DNA of 64,000 nt, from IMG/VR virus record IMGVR_UViG_3300028558_000001, positions 1-64,000 of that record. One strand, written 5' to 3'. Shown piece after piece: positions 19,133 through 31,510 of this stretch. Under the pieces are notes generated by a model. It worked only from the letters and a program-made list of their open reading frames with translations. It searched no databases and had not been told where the DNA came from. Made by a program: the position numbers and the translations under genes. Source of the stretch: a virus. The first letter of the stretch is position 1; every line of letters starts with the position of its first letter.

Positions 19133-22100
19133 TCAGAGATTATTATGGACGTGATCTGCTAATTTATCGAAATCATATTTGAAATCATGAAAATCAGCTA
19201 GAAGGTCAGATTGTTTAATATTAATTTGATATAAATCATCATTTAAAACGTTATTAGTAGTAGAAAGATCATTAATATGCTTCTCGACTTGGTCAAATGC
19301 CTCAACAACATGGTCAAAGTTCTCATTGAACTTGACAGTAATCCGGTTAATTTCTGAAACCAGATACTTATATTGAGCATCAGCATACTTAGAAATAGCT
19401 TTATGGGCCAAATATTTCTGTGGAAAGAGAATTTGCTGAAATTTCATCATAATTATTACTCCGGTAGAGGGTTTACGTCGTCTTCATATTCACACGGACC
19501 ATATAAATAGGTATCATTGATAGAAGTAATCATAAAACTATCTACATGTAGATAAGTTTGGTCTAATTGTTCTCTAATGAACTCATAAATTTCAGCTTTA
19601 GAAGGATTTGCCTCCCAAAATTCATCCCCTCCTTCTAACATTGTGACTTCAAAGGTAATTGTTTTCATATTAACTCCAAAAAATATGCCAAACTAAGGAA
19701 CGATCAGCGTTAAAGACAGTATCTAGATACTGTTCAACTGCAAATGAGGAACATAGACTATCATTAATTTCATGACCAGTTCCATAAATGGAGAAATATA
19801 ATACATCTGTTGTATCTTCATCAGAAGTATCATGAATAGTCCATACCACAACTAATCCGTATTGTACGTCAACACGAAGAATCTCAGAATAACGTGGTAC
19901 TTCAATCCGTTTATTATAACCATGATGTAGAATATCTACATGTCCAAGCTCATGTTTGAAAATCTTCTTACTCATTTCTTTCCCTCTACCTTATATAAGT
20001 CAATAAATTTATCTCTGGACCAGAAATAATTTGAACCATTGTCTCCAGTTACCCAAAGAGTAGTGCCATTAATAGCAATTACAGTTAAATCTCTGACCTT
20101 ATCACCAACCTTTGGTTCATAAGGAGGAACCTTATGTAGGTCATTAAGTGGAAAAACCCCACTAGAACCATCAACATTAGACTTAATCCAGACTTTATTG
20201 GCGTCCCTATCAATACCAAGGATTTTAAATACTAATTCACTGCCAAAAGAATTAACACCAACAGTAACTTCATCGCCAATTTCAAACTGTTCAACTACAT
20301 GAAATACGCGGTTTGCTGGCATATAAGATGCACCTACAAAATAAATCGCATCAACGCCATTCTCTTGTGTCTTGATATAATCAACTTCATGATAATGCTT
20401 TACTCCATTATTTGACTGAATGTAGTAAACCTTGTCACCCTTTTTAAACTTGCTCATTTTTAGTCTCCTTTTTCTCTTCTAGTTGTTCAATTAATTTATC
20501 AATAATCTCATCATCAGTAAATGGCGAGAATTCTTTAAATGAAAAGTAATGACTTACAATTGGATATGATGCAAGCTTACGAGGATAAACGTTAATATAA
20601 TCCCGTAATCGCCTTGGTAACATATCAAAATAGTAGAAATCCTTTTCTACTGAGGAAGTAAAACTTCCATTAGGTTGATTACTCATTACTTTTCCTTTGG
20701 AATCCAATGAACGTCAGCTATGAAATCCTTAAGAAGGAATGTATCAATATCTTCTTGGATATTTCTCCAATAGTAACCAGTATGCATATATGACTCTGCA
20801 CTATTGCCACGGTACACTTGACCAGTTTCCGTATCAACTAAGAGATACTTAGTTGGTGCTTTGGTAACTACTTTTAAAGTTACGGCAGCTTCTTCTGTTT
20901 CAATTTCAATTTCTGTAGCCAATACTTTTCTCATAATTGCTCCTTATAAATCATGTGCTTCAAGAAAATCATTATAACACTTGGAATTTTCATTAATAAC
21001 TTCTGCATGGTCATTAAGAACATCTGTATGCTCTAGTACAGCTTTTTTAAGAATTTGAATATGTTCTTCAAGAATAGTTCCCCTATGAGCATGGTTATTA
21101 ACCACTTTAGCCATGTATTGTAGTCTATCAATGATCCGCTTTTCCATGCTAGGTAAGCCCTTCTGGCGAACCTTAATCTTTGAATTATAATTCTTCATGA
21201 CCATTAATCTCCATTAAAAAGTTCAACATAACCATTATATTTCTGAAATAAATATTCTGCCCATTGCATTGAAATAGTCCCAATCCGATCAAAAGAATTA
21301 TCAGAATATACTAGTATTCCGTTTTTCTCAGAAGTGAATAAAACTATTCTATTCACTGTTTCAGACTCATAAATTCCAAGGTATGGATACTTATTCTCAT
21401 TCTCATTATTTTTTGTTACTTCGTTAATAACTGATTTAATCATCATTAAACTCCAATCTTATAGATAGGAACCGTTCCGTCTCTATATCCAGATTTATTA
21501 TAACAAGACATGGCATAACGCCCGCGATACCTAGAAGGCGGTTTAGGACCAACTATAATGGGTTGAGTATGAGACAGGAGAAAGTTTCCATAAACTTTAA
21601 AGCCAGCTACACAATGCTTCTTGGATAGCCTAAGAGGAAGTTCGCCGCTCTCATACATCTTACGAATTTCAGATGAAATCAATTCCCTGAAAGAACAGGG
21701 ATGATAATCATACTCAGCATAATTAGAAGTAATCCAATTCAACCGATTCTGTAATTGGTGAAGGACGGTCATTACCGCTTCCGTCCCTTGATTACCCAAT
21801 TACCATCTGTAAATATAGCGGCAATAGTTAGAATGGGAGAGATAGGGCCAACAAGGACACAGAAAAACAGCACCAGAACAACATCAGACATTGGAATGTC
21901 TTTACCATTGTTCCAATCAACATATGCAATAACAATAGTAGAAATAATTCCGGGTAAAACCCAATAAAGTAAAAATGTAATCATTGATCACCTTCCGTCC
22001 AAAAAGCAGTAGTCGTATTAAGGGGATATTCATAAAAGTTTTCTTTGGTAACATTATGCCACCATCCAGTATTAGTTTTGTTTACTTCCTTAAACTTAAT

Positions 22101-25100
22101 AAGAGCAGCTTCACGGCTTTCTGCTACACAGACAAACGCCCCAACCCATCCACAATCATACACATAAAGAAACATTTCTTTCATAACTATTTCCTTTTTG
22201 ACTCAATCAAGATAACAGTCGTCATCATCAGGAACGTACATCAATGAATGTTCCTTTGCAAGCCCTTTCGCGTACTCACATGCACTTTTTCTGTCAGGGA
22301 AAGCCTTCCTCGACGCCACGGCATAGTCATCTAGTTCATATGAAAGAGCATCCAAAATCTCTACGACATATAGTTTCTTTCTATCTCCAGATGGGAAAAC
22401 AATATGATATGTCGATTCATTCCAACTCATGGAGCAATCCCTTCATCATAAGTATATTCATACTCTTCTTCTATGGGGTCATAATAACCAAGCATATCCT
22501 TTGCCCAATCCAGATATTCTTTTGAAGGTTCACCTGTTTCTAGATAAAATTCAGTAACACGGCGGCTTTCAAATATCCATTCCTTCATGAATAGTTTAAG
22601 TGGAGTCCCTTTAAGGATGCGAGCAACCTGATCCATAACCCATGCTTTATGGTGCCCTCCTTCAATCTGACCATATCTTCTAATAAAGTACATAGCAAAG
22701 TCTGCTGTGCTATACTCTTTATACTTAGTAGAATCTTCAATATTTATTTCAGTTGCACCTAAATACCCATTCATTTATTTTCTCCATTAAGAGCATTAAC
22801 AACATTAGTGGCCGTATCTTCATCAAAGACGGCCTTGAGAGGATGCGGGAATAGAGAAGTCAGACAATTACCATCTTGAATAGTATAATCCTCGGAAGTA
22901 ATATAATAGAACACTTGCTTGGTTCCATTATCTATAACTTCTCTAGAAGAATATGGACCTTCACATTCAAGTTGATAAGGCATGTTATTGATTTGAATCG
23001 TTTTCATAATTCATTCCTTAGTGGTGGATGATGCCAAAGATTATTTGGAGAATGAGCATGAGTCCAGAAATAAAATCCGCTCCCATAATCAAATCTCCTT
23101 TTTCTTATAGAGTTTATAATGATCCCCTGATGAGTCTCGTTCATGACCAGAAGATACAAACTGTGAATAGTATTTTTTATCTTTTGAATAAACATCATCA
23201 TAACCATATGGTTCAAATCCATAAAGTTTATAGTCTCTATTCAAAATCTTATCCCCTGCGGAAGACCAATAAGGATAGTAAGATTCTATATACTCATAAC
23301 CTTCCGGTACTCCATCATTAGGATCAGGAAACAGTTCCTTCTCCAGTCTTTCAATCTCTTCATTGACCTGAGAATAGTTCTCGTCAAAGAATTTTTGAGA
23401 GACGAACTGACCAGCAATAAACCGATGCTTATACCGGATCAGATCAAACAGATCACGATCAATACTCATTCCAAGCTGTGCGGCTGCATAAGCATAATTC
23501 TCAGCAATACCGGCCATCTTGTTATTAGCCCCATGTCTCACCATAGAACCATCTTCATTTTCATGAGGAAGAGTAACAATGGAGTCAAAGGCCATGAGGC
23601 CCATCTTAAACATTTCCTCAATCTTGTTAACCGCATCATTAACAAAAAGGTTATAAACCTTCTTCTGTTCCTTGGACGGAAAGAATCGTTCAATACAATT
23701 GCTCATTCTGTTTCTCCTTTAATTAGATAATAGATTCCACGGAAAGAAAATGAATAGTAGAAGATGAGCAATGATAAAGGATGGTAAGTACTTTCCCGCT
23801 TCCCATTCCATCATAACCAATAGAGTAGTGATCCATGCAACGCCAATAGAAAAAGCAAGCGCCAACGAACCAGTAAACTTTAACATAAAAATAACAGAAT
23901 CAAAATAAGTCATTAGTCAATTTCTCCAATTGATTTCTTATATGCAGCGAGACATTCGGAAGGCCAATGAGAAGGGAGAAGATCAGTCATTCCCCAAATC
24001 TCATTACACGCTTTCCATGTAGGTTCATCCATTACCTTCCATGCCTCATGATCCGACAAATCAAAGTGCCTTCCATTAAGGGCAATCTGACCAATTTCAT
24101 GGAGCATTCCCCGAAGCTTCTTAATCTCCCATTGATCCCTAAAGTATTCAGGAACTGAATCAAACTCCATCATATTCTCATGAACCTTCCTAAGTTCCGC
24201 CACAACATTTTCAGGAGTCGCATTTGGCCCTAGAGATACATGAAGTTTTTTCGCGCCGATTTCCTTACGATATTCCTCTACTGCTTCATAAATCTTTTCA
24301 GTATTCATTCCGAATCCTTCCTTTCAAAATATTTCCCTCGTTCCTTGCATGGAGAAATTGCATTCCTAGAACAAAAAGGCGCATATGTTTCATCAATGCC
24401 AGTAACTAAATTAATTGATCCCCTCCTAAGTTCTGGATGATCACAATAACGACGACCATAATAATATCCACTTTCTTCTTCCCTATGATACTTGCATTCA
24501 GGGCAAGGCGGATTAATTTTCCTTTTAAAGAATTTAAATAAATTCATTCCGAGTCCCCTTCATGAGCTAAGTCCATGAGAGACGTAATACAATCAATATC
24601 ATCATAACTCATATAAATCCGAAACTGCTTGTCATTATCATCAATCTCAGAGACAAGTACAATATCACCTTCCTCGGACGTATAATATCGTGTAATAAAA
24701 CAATCAGAAGTAAGAACTTTATCCTTCCCTTGATCCCCATGCGTAGTAAATTTAGTTTGAATAATTTTCATAATTAGATTCCCACCATGTCAATAATAGT
24801 ATCCTCGGAAATTTCATATTCATCAAATGAAGACCAATGCGGAGGCCATTTCCTTAGATCAGCAAAGGTATCAGTTGGGTCATAATATTTCTTGACATAC
24901 TTCTCAACTGCCTCAGATGGAGAAGAAGCAAAACAAATAAATGCTCCATCATATCCCTCATCACGTACATAAAGTTTCATTTAATCAATCCATTCAATAG
25001 GAGAAAGAACATAGACAATACCAATAAACGAGAAGATACCGATTGCCCCATATCCCCCATAATGAGTAAGGATATAGTCAATACCCATAATAATAGAAGC

Positions 25101-25241
25101 AGCGATAAAAAGAGCGAGGAAAGAGAGACATAGAATAACAAGGAAAATACCTAGTCCCATTAGCTTAAAGACAATGGTTTCAAGATAAGTCTTCTTCCGA
25201 GTTAGATTAGAAAGAAACATATAACGTTCAGTGAGGGTCAT
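19133..25241 (-). other. Block of about 22 tightly packed small hypothetical genes (19133-19450, 19456-19668, 19670-19975, 19972-20457, 20444-20707, 20686-20934, 20944-21204, 21204-21446, 21446-21799, 21772-21984, 21981-22184, 22203-22430, 22427-22774, 22771-23007, 23089-23706, 23719-23913, 23913-24308, 24305-24547, 24544-24771, 24774-24980, 24981-25241)
   Basis: Abutting or overlapping start/stop codons and SD sequences, all on the minus strand; three ORFs are hydrophobic membrane peptides. Confidence 0.75.
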
Positions 25242-25305
25242 AGTGAATCTCCTTAGTATTTTTCATAACGAATCCTTTTTGTCCTTATTTCCACGTACTC
25301 GCCCT

Positions 25306-25334
25306 TTTATAAGGGGATACGAAATCCGAGTCAA
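25306..25334 (-). promoter_or_regulatory. Sigma70-type promoter driving the leftward block
   Basis: TTGACT-N17-TATAAA; the 15-mer GAAATCCGAGTCAAG recurs at about 25672-25686. Confidence 0.75.
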
Positions 25335-25502
25335 GCGAAAAATTTCATCTTAAATTTCCCATATATCAGGTTCCAGAGAATAGAGAGCAATCAGACATTT
25401 CCATTCTCCCGAGCCAAGCATTTTTTCAAATACCCAAAACTCATTAGTCCATTCAAACAGTTCATATATCATATACATTATAGTGCGCGTCCTTTGCCTT
25501 GA

Positions 25503-25588
25503 TACTTCGTAGGTACTTCGTAGGTACTTCGTAGGTACTTCGTAGGTACTTCGTAGGTACTTCGTAGGTACTTCGTAGGTACTTCGTA
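25503..25588. repeat. 11-bp tandem repeat (TACTTCGTAGG x7.8)
   Basis: Seven exact copies plus 9 nt. Confidence 0.98.
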
Positions 25589-25604
25589 CTTTTGATCATA
25601 AAAA

Positions 25605-25744
25605 TTTGGGCGAAAAAATTTTTAGGCGGTAGCCCTCAGTGGGTATGACGTGGCTTTTTATTATACATAGAGAAATCCGAGTCAAGTACTTTTCGGTTAA
25701 TTTTTTGGGCGGAAAAATTTTAGGCGGTAGCCCTCAGTGGGTAT
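25605..25744. repeat. ~41-bp direct repeat, two copies (25605-25646 and 25704-25744)
   Basis: TTTGGGCG(A/G)AAAAATTTT(T)AGGCGGTAGCCCTCAGTGGGTAT. Confidence 0.9.
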
Positions 25745-25846
25745 AGTCCTCTAAATTTTTGTGAGAAATATTTTGAGTGACCTATGGTCGAGTAAAAAAT
25801 TATCGAAAATATTTTGATCGCTTTTCGGAACCACCCCCACGATCAT

Positions 25847-26545
25847 GATTCGCGCCAAATGTCAATGGTCGAAAGTCACTTATCCACAACTTTTTCAGCC
25901 TCAAAAAGCCGCCTCCCAAAAACCGACGACTCGCGATTGCCTAACCCATTGATTCGACTAGCTTTTCGACTCGGATTCATGCTCTCCAGCTAGGCTTTTT
26001 CGCCCTGTTTTTTACCAGCTAGAAAGCCCTTATGCGACTAAAGGCTATGCCCATTTCCTGCCCTAGGCGTCGTCTCACAAGGACAAGCCCTGACTCGCCC
26101 TAGGCTATCCCCTGACGCTGTTTAGACGGGGTTCTAGACTCGAATCTGGCTTGCCCTGACATGCCCCTATCGTGGCGAGTCCTATCGTCAGGGCATGATC
26201 TAACGCCCCTGACATGGGCTATCCCCTGACTCTCTTTCAAAGCGATTTGGAGCGGCGAGCAAGGGCGACTTTGCCCCTACTCGGCTACTATGCTAGCGGC
26301 CTATGTATTCAAGCCCTGTCCTTGCCCTTCTAATGGCGTTCTAGAGCCTATCTAACGAGTCATCCTTGACCTAGTTCTACCATGCCAATGGAATCGCCTA
26401 TCGAATCCCTTTCAAAGCCATTTCAAACGGGGCGAATCCCTATCGCTTATGCCATAACCTGTTGTTTTCTAATGGGCTTCGAATGCGCGATTCCCTTCCT
26501 ATTGCCTCGTTTTTGCCTGAATCACGATCTCCTAACCCATTGTTT
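25847..26545. other. Origin-like / protein-binding region (16 GANTC, one DnaA box, three IHF-like sites, six CCCTGAC)
   Basis: TTATCCACA 25880-25888; TAACCCATTGATT 25942-25954 and one-mismatch sites 26455-26467 and 26533-26545. Confidence 0.5.
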
Positions 26546-26607
26546 TCTAACGTGTTTTTTTAGGGCTTTGGATCATACCGAATTCGGTTATTCTAATTTC
26601 AGTTCAA

Positions 26608-27300
26608 CGGCCCCGGCGGAACGCCCCGGCCACAAGCCAAGAGGCAAATGGAAGCTAACGCGCTAAGCGCCTTGTCACTCGCAAGTAAAAACAGAGTCGC
26701 AACCTGACCTAGCAGGCAATTGCGTTAGTATTGTGCGATATAGCATAAGCACAATTTGCAACCATATGTTCTAGCGGGCTATCCCTAGCTAAACACTTGA
26801 GAGGATAGACGGCGAGTGCAGTATATCGCATTGCGCCTAGTGGCTAAGACCACAAGTCGAAAGTATCATTTCGCGGGAATAGCGCCACAAGAGTCCCTTA
26901 TAATTCGCTGATATTAGGCGAAAGGGATTGAAAGACTTAAGACGCTGAAATGGGTTAGCTAATCGCCAAAATGGCCTAAGCATTGCTTAGAATAGGGTTA
27001 GTTAATACGTGAGAAAGCTTAAAGTCTTTCCAGTATCAAGAAATGTATCTCTTGCGCGTTGCCATACGTGAATAAGCTTTGTTGTGAAACAATCCTTATA
27101 TGGCAAGCTAACTCATAAGCTTCTAATTTGTGAGTCTCCAAACTACTAACTATGCCCTAGCAAAGCCTAGCCTAATTGCCATATGGCCGGATAATCGCAA
27201 GATTGTTTGGTTATGAGGCAAGATAAAGCAAAGCTTTGCTAGGCTTTTCCTATGCTTAGCTTTCATTAGCTTGGCATTGGCAAAGCAAACTAAGCTTTGG
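26608..27300 (+). ncRNA. Candidate large structured RNA or long structured leader (~700 nt)
   Basis: No credible ORF; more than 12 nested helices with G-U pairs favouring the + strand; family not recognised. Confidence 0.6.
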
Positions 27301-27316
27301 AAATAGGAGAAAAACA

Positions 27317-27469
27317 ATGCGAAACTTTCTGAATAGCCTGCGATTGGCAATTTTCGGCAAATCTCCTCTTATTGGCGAAATAATGCCTGAGCGGATTTAC
27401 TTAGCCGTTACGCCGCGTCAGGAGCGGATTATTTGCGGCCGCTGGAATTCAGACCGATATTTCCGATAG
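27317..27469 (+). CDS. Small hypothetical protein (50 aa, not in the ORF track)
   Basis: TAGGAGAAAAACA-ATG; MRNFLNSLRLAIFGKSP... Confidence 0.7.
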   Translation: MRNFLNSLRLAIFGKSPLIGEIMPERIYLAVTPRQERIICGRWNSDRYFR

Positions 27470-27621
27470 GAAATTAGATAAGTTCTAGCATTGGCAAGAA
27501 TTAAACTTGCCAATTGTAGAGCCTATTTAGACGACTAATAAATAGTCGCTTATTGCTCTAATATAGACACTTAACGAAATTAGGAAAACATATCGTTTCC
27601 TAATTGATAGGAGCAAATAAC

Positions 27622-27783
27622 ATGAAAAATGCGAGCAAAGCTAAGAAGGTTTCGCGCTCCTCTGCTTCCACTAAGAAGCAAAAGCCCCTGCCCTTCTTTG
27701 GCTTTCAAGATGAAATGGAAGAGATTCTTTCGGTTCATCTGGAAACGCGAGACTTTAACAAGTTTTGCGAGAATTATTATTGA
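27622..27783 (+). CDS. Small hypothetical protein (53 aa, basic N-half and acidic C-half; not in the ORF track)
   Basis: TAGGAG SD; MKNASKAKKVSRSS...ENYY; stop lies in the first junction hairpin. Confidence 0.75.
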   Translation: MKNASKAKKVSRSSASTKKQKPLPFFGFQDEMEEILSVHLETRDFNKFCENYY

Positions 27784-27846
27784 TTTAGTTCTAGGCAATG
27801 AAAGACTTGCCTAGGCATGAACCAATAAGACAATGGAGAAAAGAAA

Positions 27847-30800
27847 ATGTATATCTGCGAAGTGATAGACTTGGGCGACTTTTGCGCTCTCAAGTCTTCG
27901 GCGGTCTTTTTCTCTGAATCCAAAGCTTATACTTGGGGCGAAGAGAAAAAGAAAGAATTCCAAGATAAAGAGGAAGATGAATACTTCAAGAATTGTTTTG
28001 AAGTGAAAGTCTATCCTATCAACTGCCCTGAAATTGATTAGTTTAAACCTAGGCATTAGTAGCGCAAGCTGAATAGTGCCTAGTATTGAACTAATAAGTT
28101 CTAAGAGGAGAAAAGAAATGGAAAGCAAAGCGACTAAGGAAATGAACATCCTTTACATGCTTGCGGCAATTTTCTTCTTGTCGGTCATGCTGATTTGCAT
28201 GGTCAATGAGGAAGATCGGTCGGCTTGTGAGAAAATATATTCTCACGATACTTGCGTTGCACTAATCGACAGGTAAAGATTAGTTTAGTTCTAGGCATAT
28301 GATTGAATATGCCTAGGCATGAACTAATAAGTTCTAAGAGGAGAAAGTAAAATGAGCAATTTTCGTCAGACTTCTAAGCTTACCAAAGAACAATCTTTGG
28401 CTTTGCTTAAGGTTTATCATCGCGATTTGATGCGCGTTGCATCAAATTGTTCATATGAAGTCGAAAAGAAAGTAAATCTTGGGATTGATATGAAGACTCC
28501 AAGATGGAAAAGCTTTCTTGATTGTCGGCGGAAAGTTTCCCTTGGTTATGATTGCATCATGATACAGGTTGGAAACTACTGGCTTGGCATTGAAAAGGAC
28601 GGTTATTCGCATTCGTAAGTTTAAACCTAGGCAATGGTCAAACGTTGCCTAGTATTGAACTTATAATGAAAGTAAAAGGAGAAAAGAAAATGAAAGATGC
28701 AAATAAAACTGTTGCCGTTGCAATAGAGCCGGAAGATTTTCGGCGGCTTTCTGCAATTGCAATAAGGTTATATGACGGGAAAACTATGTCATATGACGAC
28801 CGGCGAGAATTAGCGGCACAAATCTCGGCTATTCTCGGAAGAGCGGAAGAATTACAGGCTGGCGATGTTATCTTATAACTGATTAGTTTGGTCATAGGCT
28901 AGGATAAAACTTAGCCTATGTATGAACTAATAAGTAAAGGAGAAATAAAATGGCAATGTCTATGCAGAATGCTTGGCAAGTTCTTAGTTCTATTGGTCTT
29001 TCTGGTAAGGAAGATTGGTATGAATTAAGTATTTCAAAGAAAAGCGAAGTATTTGAACTAGCAAAGAAGTGGAATTATACTTATCAATCGCCTTTAGGGC
29101 GGTCAGTTGGTTATTCTTTCTACCTTCATTTGCAGCGTAAACAAGGAAGGAAAGATTAGTCTGATTTGTTTTGCCTAATCGTGGCGCAAGCTAAAGGTTA
29201 GGCAAGGCAAACTAGATTAGAACTCTAGTTTAATAAGCAACGGAGAAAGCAAATGGCTATCGAAATCAAGCATCGTCCGACCTATAAGAATGTTTTTCAT
29301 AACTATTGGTCGGCGGAAACGATTGTTAAGTTTGAAAACAATCGGGAAATGCGTATTTCGACGCATAAAACATCTTCCGGCCAAATAGTTTCGTCGGCAA
29401 ATGTTGGAATTAATGAAAATGGCGGATGGCTTTGGGCGCCATTTTCTGACTTTGGAAAAAGGTTGCTTGTCACAAAAGGAAAAGCGACTGAAAAATATGT
29501 GACAAACCAACATAATGAAGCAATCAAAGATTTGGATACTTTGATTGCTCAAGCAAGAGCTTTCTATAAAAGCGAATAAGTCTGATTTAACTTGCTCAAC
29601 TAGGTTTAGGCTTAGTTGAGCAATGTAAACTAGATTTGTTTCTAGTGAATATAAAGGAGAAAAGAAATGGCAACTCGTTATCTTGTTGCGAATATTGAAA
29701 ACATTCGCAAAGTCAAGGCTGAGTGTACAGCCGCAAGGTTTAAATGGGCTTCTGAAAAGAAGTCTGTACTTTGTGACTTGTTTACGGCGTCTGCAATTAT
29801 TGCAGTATATGACGCCTTGAACGATGAAAACAAAGCAAAGGTTGAAAGAATGGTAGCAGCCTCACCAATGCTGTTTAGCAAGGTTGCTGGGTTTTGCTTT
29901 GAACATGTGAAGTAAAAGTATTGGTTTGGTCAATAGCATTTAGAAATAGATGCTATTGCATGAACTAATAGTAAAACAAAGGAGAAATACAATGGATGCG
30001 AAGCATTTGTGCGATTATATCGTCAATACTGGCGAGTTTTATCATATCCATGTTGATATGGCGAAAGGTAAAGCTTCCATTATTGAATGGCGCAATCGTG
30101 TTTTTGTTGGTCTTTCCAAGTATAGGATAGAATTTCATGAATATCATGAAGGTCTATCAACGTCCAACATTGAAAAATGCACTGATATGCTCAAAGAATA
30201 CTATGAAGAGCATATCAAAGAGTTGTAATTGTTAGTTTAAACCTAGGCATTAGAAATAGTGCCTAGTATTGAACTAATAAGGTTCAACATGGAGAAAAGA
30301 AATGGCAAATTATAACTTCATCGTTTACTTCACGCCTTATAAGTTTGAAGGTGACGATACTAATTGTTACTATAATGCCATAGGTTATGGATTCAAATGG
30401 AGATATATTCATAATATTGATCCTTACGAATATTATTATGATATAGTCTTCCGGCCTTCTGAAAGTATATTCATGGTCCCTAAAGCAATAGGCGATTGGG
30501 ATTGTGAATAAAAATTAGTTTAAGCCTAGCCATTAGAAATAGTGGCTAGTAGTGAACTAATAATGTTCAATAAAGGAGAAAGAAAATGTGCAAGGTTTAC
30601 TCTTTTCCTGCTTTGCAGACTCGCAAGGTTGTTAACGAATGCTTGCATATGCAAATGAAGGAACGCGCAACCTATGAAGAAATCGCGTTTATTCTTCTTA
30701 GGTTAAATGATACTGGCGAAAAGGTTTCGCTAGATGACTTCATTGCATGTATTGAATACATGCGGGAAGCAACTAAGACTGTTCATTAGTTTAGTTCTAG

Positions 30801-31440
30801 GCATATCTAAACAATATGCCTAGGCATGAACTAATAAACAATGGAGAAAAGAAAATGCGTTATGTTCAATATTATACTTCTGAAAATATGGAAGCTTTGG
30901 CAACTGATGGTTATTGTCCATTAGATGCAAGGTTTTCATTGTATAATGCAATGGCGCAAGCGCGGGAACATGGTTTGAAACTGAATAAAGACCTGAATAA
31001 AGGTTTCACTCACTTTCAAATTAGAAGGGCAGGAGGAAATAATATATTTTCCTCGTGGAGACCAGAAACGAAACTAATGAGACTGTAACTAGTCTTTATA
31101 AGTAGCATTAGAAATAGTGCTACTCAATAAACACTAGTAAAACAAAGGAGAAAAGAAAATGCTTTATCATCTTCACTTGTCGCGACATGTAAAAGGTATG
31201 GTTAAAGGGCCGGTTCATGCGGTTCCGCGCGGTATTGGATACGTTTGCGACTATGACGAAAATGGGGATGCGGTATGGCCGGATAATAAAGCGGTAAGGG
31301 AATGCTTACCAGCTTGTTATAGAAAGGCTTTCGATAGGTCATCCCCGTCAATGTATTCTAACTCTAAAGGAATACATTTCACGCTGTACGATACGCGGAA
31401 CAAGTATATTAATACAATATATTGTATTCCGAATATCTGA
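27847..31440 (+). other. Twelve small single-gene units between hairpins (27847-28041, 28118-28276, 28352-28618, 28690-28878, 28950-29159, 29253-29579, 29667-29915, 29992-30228, 30302-30511, 30586-30789, 30855-31088, 31159-31440); hypothetical proteins
   Basis: Each has a GGAGAAA SD; starts corrected to the ATG after the SD. Confidence 0.85.
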
Positions 31441-31510
31441 TTAGTTTAGTGAAGTACATTGGCAACAGTGTACTTCCATGAACTAATATAGTTCACAATG
31501 GAGAGAGAAA

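Noticed and set aside
25503-25588. 11-bp repeat as a CRISPR or coding repeat
   Set aside because: No spacers and no surrounding ORF.
26382-27350. ORF-track entries 26382..26666 (+) and 27150..27350 (-)
   Set aside because: No SD, atypical composition, and overlap with the IHF/GANTC tract and the structured RNA candidate.
27629-27814. ORF-track 61-aa protein
   Set aside because: Wrong frame; the SD-supported gene is 27622..27783, whose stop falls in the first hairpin like the other units.
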